From a virus: a stretch of DNA of 43,380 nt. The stretch covers positions 1 to 43,380 of the IMG/VR virus record IMGVR_UViG_3300025284_000002; one strand, 5' to 3'. Positions 1 through 10,779 of this stretch are shown here, in pieces; positions within the stretch are counted from its first letter, which is position 1; each line of letters starts with the position of its first letter. The translations under genes were made by a program, and so were the position numbers. The notes below the pieces were generated by a model. It had not been told where the DNA came from. It was given only the letters and a program-made list of their open reading frames with translations, and searched no databases.

Positions 1-127
1 AAGGCGGGCTTCCAGCAGGTCAAGGATTCCGCCAAGGACATGGCGCAATCCGTTGCTCAGTCCGGCCAAGCGGCCTCAAAGGGCATCGACGGAATTGGTG
101 ACGGCGCGAGCGCTGCCGGCGCGAAGG
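1..127. repeat. Terminal overlap identical to 43254-43380 (circular contig closure)
   Basis: Read directly: aaggcgggcttccagcaggtcaagg...gccggcgcgaagg occurs at both window ends. It lies in phase inside the tape-measure ORF. Confidence 0.95.
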
Positions 128-3120
128 TTGATCGGGCAACCTCGAACCTGATCAGCTCCATCCAGCGCGCGACGGCGGCGGCTGAGGCCGGCAAGAAGTC
201 TGGCTCTGCGTTCTACGAATCCCTGGCCAACCAGCGCGGCGTGAACGTTGACGTGCTGCGCCCGTACCTCAATCAACTGGATGCCGTTACCGCCAAGACC
301 AAGGCGGCGACGGCGGCGGCTGTAGATTGGTCCAAGGTCACGACTTCGCTTGGCGCGAGCAACACGCTGGCCGGCGCGACTACTTCGCTCGGGGCTACCG
401 CCTTCACGAAGCCGGCGGCACTGCCTGCTGTGGTGCCTCAGATTGCGTCCGAGTCGCAGAAGGCCGCCGTTGTCGCTGCGCAGTCGCTGGACAAGATTGG
501 CATGTCGGCTAAGCAAACCGCTGCGGCTCTGCGCCAAGTGCCGGCGCAGTTCACCGACATCGTCACCAGCCTTCAAGCGGGCCAGTCGCCGCTGACGGTG
601 CTGCTGCAGCAAGGCGGTCAGTTGAAAGACGTCTTCGGTGGCGTCGGCCCTGCCGCCCGCGCACTCGGCAACTACATCTCTAGCCTGATCACGCCGCTGA
701 CGCTCGCCGCGGCCGGCGTTGGCGCGCTTGCTGTCGCCATGTACCAGGGCAGCAAGGAGTCGGAGGCGTATGCCAAAGCCCTGATCCTGACCGGTAACAG
801 CATCGGCAAGACGACCGACCAGCTGCAGGGCATGGCGGCGAACATCGCGAAGATCACCGGCACGCAAGGCGAGGCGGCCGAGGCCCTGGCCGCCATGGCG
901 CAGAGCGGGAAGATCGCAAGCTCGTCCTTCACGGAGGTCGGGGCGGCGGTCGTTTCAATGAACCGGGTGCTTGGCACGTCGATTGACGACGCTGTCGGGC
1001 AGTTCGTGAAATTGGCGGATGCTCCGGCCAAGGCGTCGGCCGACCTGAACGAGAAACTGCATTACCTCAACCTGACGACCTACGAGCGCATCCGTGCGCT
1101 GGAGGAGCAGGGCGACAAGGAGGGAGCAGCCGCGCTGGCTCAAAAGAGCCTGGCCGAGGCGACCACCGCGCGCATGGCTGCGGTCGAGAAGCAGGCCGGC
1201 GTTCTGGCCCGCGCGTGGCAGGCGCTTACGCACGACGCCAAGGAAGCTTGGGACATCATGTCCGGGCTGGGGCGCCCGCAGACCACGGGCGATAGGATCG
1301 CGGACCTTCAGAAGCAGTTGGCCGATCGCCAGGCCCGCGGTGCCACCAACAGCCTGACGACCGGAGCATTCGAGAAGGGCAATTCGCGCCTGCAGGCGGA
1401 GATCGCTACGCTGTCGCGTCAATCGTTGCGCGAGCAGGAATACGCGTATGCGCAAGGCGAGAAAGCGCGGTCGGACGCCGCCAAGATCGCGGCCTCGGAC
1501 CGCCTGAACACCCTGACGAAGGAAGTCCAGACCAACGCGGACAAGCGCAAAAAGGCGATCGCCGAGCTGAACAAGGACTTTCAGACCCTGGGCAAGGCGA
1601 CCAGCGGCGCCGAATACGACAAGCTCGTCGCCAACATCAACGAGAAGTTCAAGGATCCGAAGGCGGCCGCCGGTAAGGCCTTCCAGGACGACGCGGCGAC
1701 GAAGATGCTCGCCGGTCTCCGCCAGCAAGAGGCGGCGCTCAAGGAGCAGCTTGCAACCGACGAAAAGCTCACCGCCTCCGAGAAGGAACGCGCCAAGTTC
1801 GTCCAGCTGGTCGCCGACCTCAAGACCAAAGGCACTCTCACCGCCGAACAGAAGAGCCTCTTGGCCAACCAGGGCGCGATCAAAGCCCAGCTCGACCAGA
1901 ACGTCGCCATCGAGAAGCAGGTCGAGCTCAAGAAGGAGGCGGCCAAGCTCGACGAGCAGCGCCGCAAGGACGCGGAGGAGTTCGCGCGCCAGATCGAGGG
2001 CATCAACATCTCGATCGAGTCCTCGAATCGGAGCCGACAGGACCAGCAGGACCGCACACTTGAAGCCTTCGGGCTGGGCTCGCGTGCCCGCAGTGAGGTG
2101 GAGGCGCAGCGCTCGATCCGTCGCGAGTTCGAGGGCTACCAGCGGCAGCTGACGAAGAACGCCGCCGAGAAGAACCAACTCGGCTCGGATGCCTACAAAG
2201 AAGAGACCGCCCGCATCAAGTCGGCGCTCGACGACGCGCTGGCGGCGCAGCAGGCCTACTTCGACGCTCTGAAGGAAAAGCAGGAAGACTGGCGCAACGG
2301 CGCGACGACCGCGCTGGCCGACTACATCGACTACGTCGAGGACGCCGCCGGCCGGGCCCGCGCGCTGATGTCGAACATCCTCGGCGGCCTGAATGAGTCG
2401 ATCACTGACGCGTTGTGGACGGGAAATCTCGACTCATTCAAGAAGTTCGGCGACGCGATCGGCAAGCAGATCATCTCCGGCATTGTCGAGCAGCAACTGA
2501 CCAAGCCGCTCGCCCAGTGGATGCAAGGCGCCGTCAGCGACAAGGACTCGATCTTCTCGAAGATCTTCGGCGGCCTGACCAGCAACAAGGAAAGCGGCGA
2601 GAACTGGCTCGGTGCGCTCGGCCTGGGCGGCGGCAAGTCGGCCGCGAACGACGCCCTGGCGCGAGGCTCCACGATCGCGAACCCGCTCTATGTGAAGTCG
2701 GTTGACTTCGAAGGCGTTGGATCGGTCTTCGGCTCCGCCGCCAACGACAGCGGCGGGGGATTCGCCGGAGTTCTGGGAGGGCTTTTTGGCGGCATGTCGA
2801 ATGGCGCAGCGACGACCGTCGCGAACGCGCTCCCCGGCGATTCACTGGACAACCTTATCAAGCTGGCGGGCGCCTGGGGCGGCGCGTTCGCTGACGGGGG
2901 AAGCCCGCCGCTTGGCAAGGTATCGCTGGTTGGGGAGCGAGGGCCCGAGTTGTTCATCCCAAATCAGCCGGGGACCATCGTCCCGAACGGCGCGATCGGC
3001 GGCAGGAGCACTGTCGTGCACATCAACCAGACCTTCGCCGAAGGCACCTCCAGAAAGACTGCCGACCAGGCGGCTCTTTCGGCGAGTAGGGCGCTTCAGC
3101 GTGCGCAGAGGATCGCATGA
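1..3120 (+). CDS. Tail tape measure protein, main part (ORF continues from 43197 across the circular junction; about 1058 aa in total)
   Basis: Track ORF 40..3120 is open back to base 1 in the same frame. Long Ala/Gln/Lys-rich coiled-coil protein with a C-terminal [10 protein letters not shown] motif typical of lambda-family tape measures. It sits between the G/GT chaperones and the distal tail genes. Confidence 0.9.
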   Translation, partial: KAGFQQVKDSAKDMAQSVAQSGQAASKGIDGIGDGASAAGAKVDRATSNLISSIQRATAAAEAGKKSGSAFYESLANQRGVNVDVLRPYLNQLDAVTAKTKAATAAAVDWSKVTTSLGASNTLAGATTSLGATAFTKPAALPAVVPQIASESQKAAVVAAQSLDKIGMSAKQTAAALRQVPAQFTDIVTSLQAGQSPLTVLLQQGGQLKDVFGGVGPAARALGNYISSLITPLTLAAAGVGALAVAMYQGSKESEAYAKALILTGNSIGKTTDQLQGMAANIAKITGTQGEAAEALAAMAQSGKIASSSFTEVGAAVVSMNRVLGTSIDDAVGQFVKLADAPAKASADLNEKLHYLNLTTYERIRALEEQGDKEGAAALAQKSLAEATTARMAAVEKQAGVLARAWQALTHDAKEAWDIMSGLGRPQTTGDRIADLQKQLADRQARGATNSLTTGAFEKGNSRLQAEIATLSRQSLREQEYAYAQGEKARSDAAKIAASDRLNTLTKEVQTNADKRKKAIAELNKDFQTLGKATSGAEYDKLVANINEKFKDPKAAAGKAFQDDAATKMLAGLRQQEAALKEQLATDEKLTASEKERAKFVQLVADLKTKGTLTAEQKSLLANQGAIKAQLDQNVAIEKQVELKKEAAKLDEQRRKDAEEFARQIEGINISIESSNRSRQDQQDRTLEAFGLGSRARSEVEAQRSIRREFEGYQRQLTKNAAEKNQLGSDAYKEETARIKSALDDALAAQQAYFDALKEKQEDWRNGATTALADYIDYVEDAAGRARALMSNILGGLNESITDALWTGNLDSFKKFGDAIGKQIISGIVEQQLTKPLAQWMQGAVSDKDSIFSKIFGGLTSNKESGENWLGALGLGGGKSAANDALARGSTIANPLYVKSVDFEGVGSVFGSAANDSGGGFAGVLGGLFGGMSNGAATTVANALPGDSLDNLIKLAGAWGGAFADGGSPPLGKVSLVGERGPELFIPNQPGTIVPNGAIGGRSTVVHINQTFAEGTSRKTADQAALSASRALQRAQRIA

Positions 3121-4043
3121 CACTCGAAATCAAGAACATCGTCATGCCGGAGTCGGTGCTCATCTCCGCCCTGACGGGGACTCGGATGCGCAAGAACACG
3201 CGCACTCAGAACATCGGAGGCTATGTGTCGGTCAACGCTGATCGAGACGTGACGTTGCGCCGGTGGCAGATCGCGACTCAGCCCCTGATTCTCCCGCTCG
3301 CGTCTTCGATCATCGGAATCTATGAAGCTACGGACGCAGGGGCTTCTGGGTTTCTCATCTTCGATCCGGTCGACTCGTTTGTGTCTTCGTCGGAAGGCGT
3401 TCTTCAGGGGTACATGCTGGGCGTTGAGTCCGGGGTCGCTGGCTTCGGCAATGGCGGCCCGACTTACGGGCTGCGGAAAGGGTACACGGCCTCGGGATCG
3501 TCGCTCGGCGGGGTCAACACGATCACCAGGCCTTACGGCACGCCAGCGATCACGCGAGGTGGTTCGCCCGTGACAGTCGGCGTGGCTGCCGGGAACATCA
3601 GCATCAGCGCCGGACCGTCCTACGTCACCTTCGTTCCCGATGCCACACGCACAGTCTCGGCCGTTACGGTGGGTGCGACCACTCAGGTGTCATTGAACAC
3701 GGCCATCGGCCTTGCGGTGGGGCAGAGGCTTTGGCTCCAGGGCGTGACTGGAGCCGACGCTGCGCTCTTGAACAACCAGGCGCACACGATCACCAACATC
3801 AGCGGCGGCGGGTTGAACGTCTACACACTGAGCACGAACACCGCGGGCAAGACGATCACGGCAGCAGGGCAGGGCCACAAGTATCCGCAGTCGACCGAGG
3901 CGCTCGGTTGGTCGGGTCGCTACTACATGCCAGTGCATTTCCGAGATGACGATCTGGAGTGGGAGTTGATCGCCGGCGGTGGTGCCGCGTCGCGGCTTGT
4001 CTCCTTCACGTCCTGCTTTCTCGACGAGGTCCGCGAGGCATGA
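3117..4043 (+). CDS. Distal tail protein, DUF2460 / GTA gp12-like
   Basis: ATGA overlap with the tape-measure stop. Position and pattern (N-terminal ...[19 protein letters not shown]..., C-terminal [15 protein letters not shown]) resemble the family that follows tape measures in GTA-like tails. Confidence 0.65.
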   Translation: MTLEIKNIVMPESVLISALTGTRMRKNTRTQNIGGYVSVNADRDVTLRRWQIATQPLILPLASSIIGIYEATDAGASGFLIFDPVDSFVSSSEGVLQGYMLGVESGVAGFGNGGPTYGLRKGYTASGSSLGGVNTITRPYGTPAITRGGSPVTVGVAAGNISISAGPSYVTFVPDATRTVSAVTVGATTQVSLNTAIGLAVGQRLWLQGVTGADAALLNNQAHTITNISGGGLNVYTLSTNTAGKTITAAGQGHKYPQSTEALGWSGRYYMPVHFRDDDLEWELIAGGGAASRLVSFTSCFLDEVREA

Positions 4044-4894
4044 AGACCGCGTCCCCTGCGCTGCTCGCACACATTGCGGGCTGCACGACCACGCTCGCGC
4101 GCTGCTGGCGTTTCGAGACGAAGAGCGGCCGCGTCGTGACTGTCACCGCCGGCCCGCGCGACCTGCCCGTCAACGGAGAGGTCTACCGGGCAAAGGAGGG
4201 GCTGAACCCTGCCGCGACTCAGCAAGAGATCGGCGGCTCGGTCAACAACTCCGAGATGGTCGGCGCGCTGGCGCCTGACCTGGCGACCGAGCAGCAGATC
4301 CTGTTCGGCGAGTGGGATGGCGCCTTCGTCACGGTGTTCGAGGTCAACTACCGCGACCTGAGCATGGGCCAGATCATCCTCGGCTACGGCACGGTGGGCG
4401 AGTTGAAGGTCGGCCGCGCGACGTTCCAGGCCGAGTTCCGCAGCCTGACGCAGTTCCTGCAGCAGACGGCCGGCGAGGTGTTCACGGCGCCGTGCCGCTA
4501 CCGCTTCGGCGATGACCGTTGCGGCGTGGACTTGGGGCCGATCACGGTCGCGGGCTCCTTCACCAGCGTTTCGAGCGCTCGCGTGATGGCCGACACCGGT
4601 CGCGGCGAGGCGGCGGACTACTTCGGCGGCGGTCTGCTGCGCGTCACCTCGGGCGCCCTGGCCGGCTTCGCTGTCGAGGTCGCCAACTTCTCCGGCGGGG
4701 TGTTCTCCCTGGCGCTGCCGATGCCCGGCTATCCGGCTTTCGGCGACACCTACGAGGCGATCCCCGGCTGCCGCAAGCGCTTCGAGGAGGACTGCATCGT
4801 CAAGTGGAGCAACGGTGTCCGCTTCGGCGGCTTCCCTCATGTGCCTGGCGCCGACCTGGTGCTCGGCCTCGCTGGAACCGGGGGCGCGGCATGA
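4040..4894 (+). CDS. Tail hub protein, DUF2163 / phage BR0599 family (GTA gp13-like)
   Basis: ATG at 4040 overlaps the upstream TGA (ATGA). N-terminus [28 protein letters not shown] and C-terminus CRKRFEEDCIVKWSN..RFGGFPHVPG match the recalled BR0599 signature. Confidence 0.75.
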   Translation: MKTASPALLAHIAGCTTTLARCWRFETKSGRVVTVTAGPRDLPVNGEVYRAKEGLNPAATQQEIGGSVNNSEMVGALAPDLATEQQILFGEWDGAFVTVFEVNYRDLSMGQIILGYGTVGELKVGRATFQAEFRSLTQFLQQTAGEVFTAPCRYRFGDDRCGVDLGPITVAGSFTSVSSARVMADTGRGEAADYFGGGLLRVTSGALAGFAVEVANFSGGVFSLALPMPGYPAFGDTYEAIPGCRKRFEEDCIVKWSNGVRFGGFPHVPGADLVLGLAGTGGAA

Positions 4895-5322
4895 CGGGCG
4901 CGGACATCGTGACCGAGGCCCGCACCTGGCTCGGCGTCCGCTGGAAGCACCAGGGGCGCGACCGCGGCGGCATCGACTGCGCCGGCCTGGTCATCAAGGT
5001 GGGGCAGGCGTTCGACGTGCTTGCCTTCGACACGCGCGACTACGGCCCTCAGGCGTCCGACGAAAGCATGCTGCGCTTGTGCCGCGAGCACCTGCAAGAG
5101 GTCGGCCGCGGCGAGATGGCGCCGGGCGACGTGATCGTGATGCGCTTCGGCGCGAATCGGCACCTCGGCATTGCCGGCGACTACCTGCACGGCGGCTTGA
5201 GCGTGATCCACGCCTTCACGCAGATGCGGCGCGTGACCGAAAGCCGCTTCGATGAAACCTGGCTTCGCCAGATGGGCGGCTCCTTCATGGCCTGCTTTCG
5301 CTTCCCGGGGGTGACGCCATGA
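4891..5322 (+). CDS. NlpC/P60 family cell-wall peptidase (GTA gp14-like)
   Basis: ATGA-coupled start. Contains GIDCAGLV (catalytic Cys) and PGDVIVM...HLGI (His) motifs. Confidence 0.8.
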   Translation: MTGADIVTEARTWLGVRWKHQGRDRGGIDCAGLVIKVGQAFDVLAFDTRDYGPQASDESMLRLCREHLQEVGRGEMAPGDVIVMRFGANRHLGIAGDYLHGGLSVIHAFTQMRRVTESRFDETWLRQMGGSFMACFRFPGVTP

Positions 5323-8300
5323 CGATGCAAACCACGCTCGGGGTCATCGGCGGCGTCGTCGGCGCCTTCTTCGGCTATCCGCAGCTCGGCTTCCTTGTCG
5401 GCTCGCTGATCGGTGCCGCCCTCACGCCCGGCACCAAGACCGAGGGGCCGAAACTCGATGACCTCAAGGTCACGGTCAGCACCTACGGGGTCGGCATCGC
5501 CATCCTGTACGGCACCATGCGGATGGGCGGCAACGTCATCTTCTCGACCGACAAGATCGACGTGGCGACGACCGAGTCGCAGGGCAAGGGCGGCGGCAAC
5601 GAGACCACGACGCACAGCTACTTCGTCCACATGGCGACGGCGCTCTGCGAGGGCCCGATCACGGCGGTGCGCAAGCGCTGGTTCGACGGCGCCCTGAAGT
5701 ACGACCAGTCGAGCGGCATCCCGATTGCCTCGGCCCTGGCCAGCGCAAGCAGCCCCTACGCGACGGCGACGGTCTACCTCGGCACGGACAGCCAGTTGCC
5801 CGACCCGACGATGGAGTCGATCAAGGGCGTGGGGCACGTCCCGGCGTACCTGAACACGGCCTATGTCATGGACACCTGGCTGGAGACGCCGGGCGGCCGC
5901 ATCCCGCAAGGGACGTTCGAGGTCACGACCGATTCCAACGCCGCACCGGAAGTGTCGCAGCTGGTGACGGTGCCGGTCGTCACCAACGACCTGTATGCGG
6001 GTGTGTGCCAGCCCAACGGCGTATGGCACAGCTACTGGCAGAGTTCGGGCTTCGGCTTCCCGACCAGCTTCACCGTCTACTACGGCGAGACCAGCGGACA
6101 GGTGCAGGCGGTTCGCAACTTCCAGTTGCCGGAGTCCAACGCCTACCAGCCCTACCCGGTCTTCTGCGCGACCGAGGCGCTGTGGCTATGGCCGAACGGC
6201 GGTGCGCCGGGTCTCACCGCACGGCTCGATGTCATCGACGCCAACTCGGGCGTGCGCAACACGGTCTATCAGGGCGACGCCGGCTCCTGCCCTGGCTACT
6301 ACGTCGGGCGCGCGGCTTACGACCCGGTCGAGAAGCTATTCATCGTCCTGAGTCTGGGCGACCCCGACTTCCCGCAGCCGCTGATCTTCAATCGATTCAA
6401 CGGCGTGCCAATCTCCGTCGCGCCCGTTTCCGGCATTCCGTTCCAGGTTGGCATCGGTGGCGGTGTGGCGTACGTGCTGACGGACGACGGCGGTGTTCTG
6501 AAGTTGGCGCGCCGCTTCACCAATGGCACGATCGACGCCTCGATGCCGGACACCATTGGTCCGACATTCGGCATGAACAGCCTAGCGCTGCAGTTCTCGT
6601 GCCTGTGTGTCAACGAGTTCGGCATCTTCGCGCTGATTCTTTCAGGCAGCCCCAACATCACGGCACGTTCGATCTACAAGATCAACCCGGCCACGGCGAC
6701 TGATCCTGGCTCCTGGGCACTGCTCTACACCGGCAGCGCGCTGGCGATCGAGAACATCTTCTCCGGCCCGGCGTCGCGCACCTTCTATTGCTCCAACGAG
6801 ATGGCGGTTGTCGGCCCGGTCCCAGCGTCCGACGACTACAAGGCCATCCGCTTCGCTGCCCTCAACGTCTCTCCCTATCCAGTGGCGGACATCCTGGCCG
6901 ACCAGTGCCGCCGGGCGGGAGTCGACCTGGATCACGTCGACGTGAGCGGCATCGACGACGAGGTCATTGGCTACGTCATCAAGAACCCGGGCAGCGCGCG
7001 GGCCAACATCGACCCGCTGCTGATGGCCTACGGGATCGACGTACGCGAGCAGGACGGGAAGATCCAGTTCATCAAGCGCGCCGACCAGGTGTCGGTAGCG
7101 ACGATCCCCTACGTCGACCTGGCCAGCCACGACGCCAGCGAGGAGCCCGGCGACCCGATGCCGCTCACGCACCAGCAAGAGGTCGAGTGCCCGAAGACGG
7201 TGTCGGTGTCGTTCCTGAACTACCTGGACGACTACCAGACGGCGACGGAGAGCTACACCGGGCAGGTAACGACCTCGGAGAAGGTCACGACCATTGAACT
7301 GCCGCTGGCGTTGACGCCGGACGAAGGCGCGACGATCGCCTTCCGGCTCTGGTGCGACGCCTGGAACGCCCGCAACGCGCGCAGCCTGAAGCTGCAGCGC
7401 AAGTACCTGGCGCTCTCTCCGGGTGACGTGGCGACGGTGGAGTACCCCGAAGGCAGCCTCAGCGACTGGCGCCTGACCAAGATCACCGACACGGGCTCGC
7501 TGCTGGAGTGCGAGGCGGTTCCGGCGGATTCGGCCCTGTACTCGCAGACTGCGGTCGGCGCCACCAGCTACAGCGGCGGCCAGGAAGTCCCGGCGCAGCC
7601 ATCGAACACGCGCCTGACCCTGGCCGATGCCCCGATCTTCCGGGACGAGGACAGCAACGGCGGCATCTATGCCTGCATGGAGGGCTTTGGCCCCGGATGG
7701 AACGGCGCCACGCTTTGGGTCGGGGAGGACGACACCAGCCTCCAGGACCGCGGCACTGTCAGCAATGTGTGCGCGACTGGCTTCGCCGAGGATGCGCTCG
7801 GCACCTGGTCGCCTCGAATGATCGACGGCGCGAACAGCGTGATCGTCACCATGGGCGACGACGTGCTGGCCAGCATCACGAACGACCAACTCATGACCAC
7901 GCGCGCCAACCTGGCGCTGCTTGGCACGAATGGCCGCTGGGAGGCGATCCAGTTCCAGCGCGCGGACGACCTTGGCAGCGGTCGCTATCGCCTCTACGGA
8001 CTGCTTCGTGGCCTGTTCGGCACCGAGCGCAACCGCGGCACTCACGCGATTGGCGACACGTTCCTTCTGCTGGCTGGTGTCAGCGGCATTCTGCGCCCGA
8101 GCATGGGAGCCAGCGAGATCGGACAGAACAAGTCCTACCGCGCAGTGTCGCTGGGCCGGGACATGAACGCGACGGCGTCCGTCGTCTATGCCAACACGGC
8201 CGAGGGCCTGCGCCCCTACGCACCGTGGGACGCGCGCAAGTCCAAGGCGGCGAGCAACGACCAGGCCATCACCTGGGAGCGGCGCACGCGCTTCGCCAGC

Positions 8301-8540
8301 AATGCGCTGCGCGGGATCGTGCCACTGGGCGAGACGACGGAGGCGTACCGCATCCGGCTCTACACGTCGAGCGCGTTCACCACGGTGGCGACCACCAAGA
8401 CCAGCACCTCGCGCACCGCGACCTTCACCAGCGCCGAGCAGACGGCCGCCGGCCTCACGCCGGGCGGGACGCTCTGGGTCGGCATCTCCCAAGTGTCCGA
8501 CACCTACGGCGCCGGCTCCGAGCTGCAAGCGACGCTCTAA
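5319..8540 (+). CDS. Host specificity / central tail fibre protein (GTA gp15-like, 1073 aa)
   Basis: ATGA-coupled. Gly-rich hydrophobic N-terminus followed by GPKLDDLKVTVSTYGVGIAILYGTMRMGGNVIFS, characteristic of this family. Size and position fit. Confidence 0.8.
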   Translation: MTMQTTLGVIGGVVGAFFGYPQLGFLVGSLIGAALTPGTKTEGPKLDDLKVTVSTYGVGIAILYGTMRMGGNVIFSTDKIDVATTESQGKGGGNETTTHSYFVHMATALCEGPITAVRKRWFDGALKYDQSSGIPIASALASASSPYATATVYLGTDSQLPDPTMESIKGVGHVPAYLNTAYVMDTWLETPGGRIPQGTFEVTTDSNAAPEVSQLVTVPVVTNDLYAGVCQPNGVWHSYWQSSGFGFPTSFTVYYGETSGQVQAVRNFQLPESNAYQPYPVFCATEALWLWPNGGAPGLTARLDVIDANSGVRNTVYQGDAGSCPGYYVGRAAYDPVEKLFIVLSLGDPDFPQPLIFNRFNGVPISVAPVSGIPFQVGIGGGVAYVLTDDGGVLKLARRFTNGTIDASMPDTIGPTFGMNSLALQFSCLCVNEFGIFALILSGSPNITARSIYKINPATATDPGSWALLYTGSALAIENIFSGPASRTFYCSNEMAVVGPVPASDDYKAIRFAALNVSPYPVADILADQCRRAGVDLDHVDVSGIDDEVIGYVIKNPGSARANIDPLLMAYGIDVREQDGKIQFIKRADQVSVATIPYVDLASHDASEEPGDPMPLTHQQEVECPKTVSVSFLNYLDDYQTATESYTGQVTTSEKVTTIELPLALTPDEGATIAFRLWCDAWNARNARSLKLQRKYLALSPGDVATVEYPEGSLSDWRLTKITDTGSLLECEAVPADSALYSQTAVGATSYSGGQEVPAQPSNTRLTLADAPIFRDEDSNGGIYACMEGFGPGWNGATLWVGEDDTSLQDRGTVSNVCATGFAEDALGTWSPRMIDGANSVIVTMGDDVLASITNDQLMTTRANLALLGTNGRWEAIQFQRADDLGSGRYRLYGLLRGLFGTERNRGTHAIGDTFLLLAGVSGILRPSMGASEIGQNKSYRAVSLGRDMNATASVVYANTAEGLRPYAPWDARKSKAASNDQAITWERRTRFASNALRGIVPLGETTEAYRIRLYTSSAFTTVATTKTSTSRTATFTSAEQTAAGLTPGGTLWVGISQVSDTYGAGSELQATL

Positions 8541-8549
8541 GGAAAACGA

Positions 8550-9446
8550 ATGGCAAACAGTACTTCTCCCGTCCCACAGGTAGCCGAGGGCACCGGCGCG
8601 GTCGCCAAGATCAACCAGATCAACGACGCGAACTCGCAAGGGTTGATCGGCGGCCGCGATGCCAGCACCACGTCGCTGCTCACCTGGGGCACGCTGGGCG
8701 GCCGCATCGCAGGCATTAACGTCGCCAATGGTACGGTGACGCTGACGGCCAGCGCGACGAACTATGTCGTGATGAAGAAGTCGGACGGCGTCGTCAGCGT
8801 GGCGACCACGACGACCAACTGGGACGACTCGGCGAACTACTGGCGCCTGTACTCGGTGGTTGTCGGCACCACGGCGCCGACGAGCTACAACGACGAGCGC
8901 ACCAGCGAGCGCGGGATCTTCGGCGTCGGCGCGGTGCCGGTCGCCGGCTTCACGAATCCGATGACGACCGCCGGGGACATGATCGGCGCGACCACGTCGG
9001 GCGTCGCCATCCGTATCCCCAAAGGCACGGCCTACCAGGGCCTGCGCATGAACAGCGGCGCTACGGCGCAAGAGTGGGCGACGGTCACAACCTGCATCCC
9101 GATTGCCTGCGGCGACGAAACGACCGCGATTGGCACCGGCACGGCAAAGGTGACTTTCCGCATGCCGTTCGCCATGAAAGTGACGGCGGTTCGCGCCTCC
9201 CTCACGACCGCTCAGGCGAGCGGCTCGATCTTCACGGTCGACATCAACGAGGGCGGCACGACGATCCTGTCCACGAAGCTGACCATCGACAACACCGAAA
9301 AGACCAGCGTGACGGCAGCGACGCCGCCGGTCATCGGCGACGCCGACCTGGCCGACGATGCAGAAATCACCATCGACGTTGACCAAGTCGGCAGTGGCTC
9401 GGCCGCCGGCCTCAAGGTCTACCTCATCGGGTACGTCGCGCAATGA
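8550..9446 (+). CDS. Distal tail / putative receptor-binding protein (unknown family)
   Basis: 298-aa ORF directly after the host-specificity gene and ATGA-coupled to the next gene. Thr/Gly/Ala-rich, beta-type composition. Confidence 0.6.
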   Translation: MANSTSPVPQVAEGTGAVAKINQINDANSQGLIGGRDASTTSLLTWGTLGGRIAGINVANGTVTLTASATNYVVMKKSDGVVSVATTTTNWDDSANYWRLYSVVVGTTAPTSYNDERTSERGIFGVGAVPVAGFTNPMTTAGDMIGATTSGVAIRIPKGTAYQGLRMNSGATAQEWATVTTCIPIACGDETTAIGTGTAKVTFRMPFAMKVTAVRASLTTAQASGSIFTVDINEGGTTILSTKLTIDNTEKTSVTAATPPVIGDADLADDAEITIDVDQVGSGSAAGLKVYLIGYVAQ

Positions 9447-10270
9447 GCCGCCTGATCCGCCTGGACACCGACATCGATAGCGCCTTCGTGGCGCGCGCTC
9501 GGCAACGGGCGTTGATCGAGGGGCGCGGCCCGCGCGTGTCGGAGTTCTTCCTCAACCCGTACCGATTCGGCGGCGCTGGCAGCACGGACCCGCTCTATGC
9601 CCAAGTCGCGCTGCTGCTGCACATGGACGGGTCGAACGGCGGTACGACGTTCACCGACAACAGCCCGACGCCGAAGACGGTCACGCCGACAATCGTCACG
9701 ACCAGCACGGTGCAGGCCAAGTTCGGCATCTCGTCGGCGCTCTATCCGGGGGCCAGCGCGACGCAGAAGCTGACCATTCCGCACTCGGCAGACCTGGCCC
9801 CGACCGGCGACTTCTGCGTCGAAATGTGGGTGCGGCTCGGGGCGGCGGCATCGCAGCGGTGCCTTATCTGGAAGTCGGTTTCGACGGGTCACACGACCTA
9901 TGCCATGCGCCTGACGACGACGAACACGGTGCAGTGCTTTGCGTCGAACGCGGCCGGGTCGGCGTTCCAGATCAACATGACAGGCACGACGGCCGTCAAC
10001 ACGTCCGGCACCTGGCAGCACATCGCGTTCGACCGCAACGGCAGCACCTATCGTCTATTCATTCACGGGACGCTCGACACGAGCGCATCTGCCGCCGGTG
10101 CAGGCTATGTCAATGCGGCGCACAGCGTCACGATCGGCAACGTCACCGACAACACCTTGCCCATCGGCACGGGCGGGAATGACTCCTACATCGACGACGT
10201 GCGGATCACGACGGCCTCGCGCTACACGGCGAACTTCACGCCGCCTTCTTCGCCTTTCCCGAACTCCTGA
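9443..10270 (+). CDS. LamG/concanavalin-A-like lectin domain tail protein
   Basis: Motifs LTIPHSADLAPTGDFCVEMWVRL, GTWQHIAFDRNGSTYRLFIHG and YIDDVRIT are typical of Laminin_G_3 jelly-rolls. It is the last gene of the tail module. Confidence 0.7.
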   Translation: MSRLIRLDTDIDSAFVARARQRALIEGRGPRVSEFFLNPYRFGGAGSTDPLYAQVALLLHMDGSNGGTTFTDNSPTPKTVTPTIVTTSTVQAKFGISSALYPGASATQKLTIPHSADLAPTGDFCVEMWVRLGAAASQRCLIWKSVSTGHTTYAMRLTTTNTVQCFASNAAGSAFQINMTGTTAVNTSGTWQHIAFDRNGSTYRLFIHGTLDTSASAAGAGYVNAAHSVTIGNVTDNTLPIGTGGNDSYIDDVRITTASRYTANFTPPSSPFPNS

Positions 10271-10276
10271 CCCCCG

Positions 10277-10300
10277 GCCCGCTTCGGCGGGTTTTCTTTT
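10277..10300 (+). terminator. Intrinsic terminator after the tail module
   Basis: The sequence gcccgc-ttcg-gcgggt forms the stem and is followed by ttttcttttt. Confidence 0.7.
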
Positions 10301-10320
10301 TGCCCTCACGAAAGCTCCAC

Positions 10321-10554
10321 ATGAAGCGCTATCTCTGGAACGCCTTGGTCGCGTTCGACCAGTTCATCAACGCGCTCACGGGTGGCGACCCCGACATGAC
10401 GCTCTCCGGCCGCATGGGCAAGGCGGTCGCAGAGGGGCGGTGCAAGGCATGCCGCGGCATCTGCTGGGTGCTCGACAGGTTCGACCCGGGCCACTGCGCC
10501 CGCGTGAGCCAGGCCGAGTCCGACGAGGGCGCTGATGAGGTGGCAAAGCTGTGA
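10321..10554 (+). CDS. Small Cys-containing protein upstream of the lysis genes (function unknown)
   Basis: ATG at 10321 (MKRYLWNALVAFDQFINALTGGDPD...). Its stop overlaps the GTG start of the next gene. No clear Shine-Dalgarno sequence. Confidence 0.55.
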   Translation: MKRYLWNALVAFDQFINALTGGDPDMTLSGRMGKAVAEGRCKACRGICWVLDRFDPGHCARVSQAESDEGADEVAKL

Positions 10555-10772
10555 GCGAGATCGATCCCCAGGACTTCGGCCGCCTGACAGCCAAGGTCGA
10601 GATGCTGGAGGAGCAGGTCGCTGAGATGCGCGCCGACCTCCGAGCAGTGCGCGACATGCTCAACGAGGCGAAAGGCGGCTGGAAGTTGATGCTGGCCGTC
10701 GCCGGTTTCGCTGGCACTGCCGGCGCGCTGCTGTCCAAGTTCCTCGTGTTCTTCCAATCCACTCCGAAGTGA
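10551..10772 (+). CDS. Coiled-coil protein with a C-terminal transmembrane helix (lysis accessory?)
   Basis: GTGA overlap with the upstream gene. N-terminal heptad-like EMLEEQVAEMRADLRAV, C-terminal WKLMLAVAGFAGTAGALLSKFLVFF. Confidence 0.6.
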   Translation: MSEIDPQDFGRLTAKVEMLEEQVAEMRADLRAVRDMLNEAKGGWKLMLAVAGFAGTAGALLSKFLVFFQSTPK

Positions 10773-10779
10773 GGCGCGC

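Noticed and set aside
955-2178. A 407-aa minus-strand ORF inside the tape-measure gene, plus smaller overlapping ORFs at 76-867, 3923-4840 and 5181-6029
   Set aside because: They are antisense or out of frame with well-supported structural genes. This is the GC-rich shadow ORF pattern.
6642-9443. A 933-aa minus-strand ORF, the longest antisense ORF in the window
   Set aside because: It lies entirely antisense to the host-specificity and distal tail genes, which have recognisable motifs. Its product is Arg/Gly/Ala/Asp-rich low-complexity sequence, typical of shadow ORFs in GC-rich DNA.
10300-10320. TTG start at 10300 for the small pre-lysis gene, and TTG start at 12061 for the metallophosphoesterase gene
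   Set aside because: The TTG at 10300 lies inside the U-run of the preceding terminator. The ATG at 12079 gives an exact ATGA overlap with the GNAT stop, so the ATG starts are preferred.
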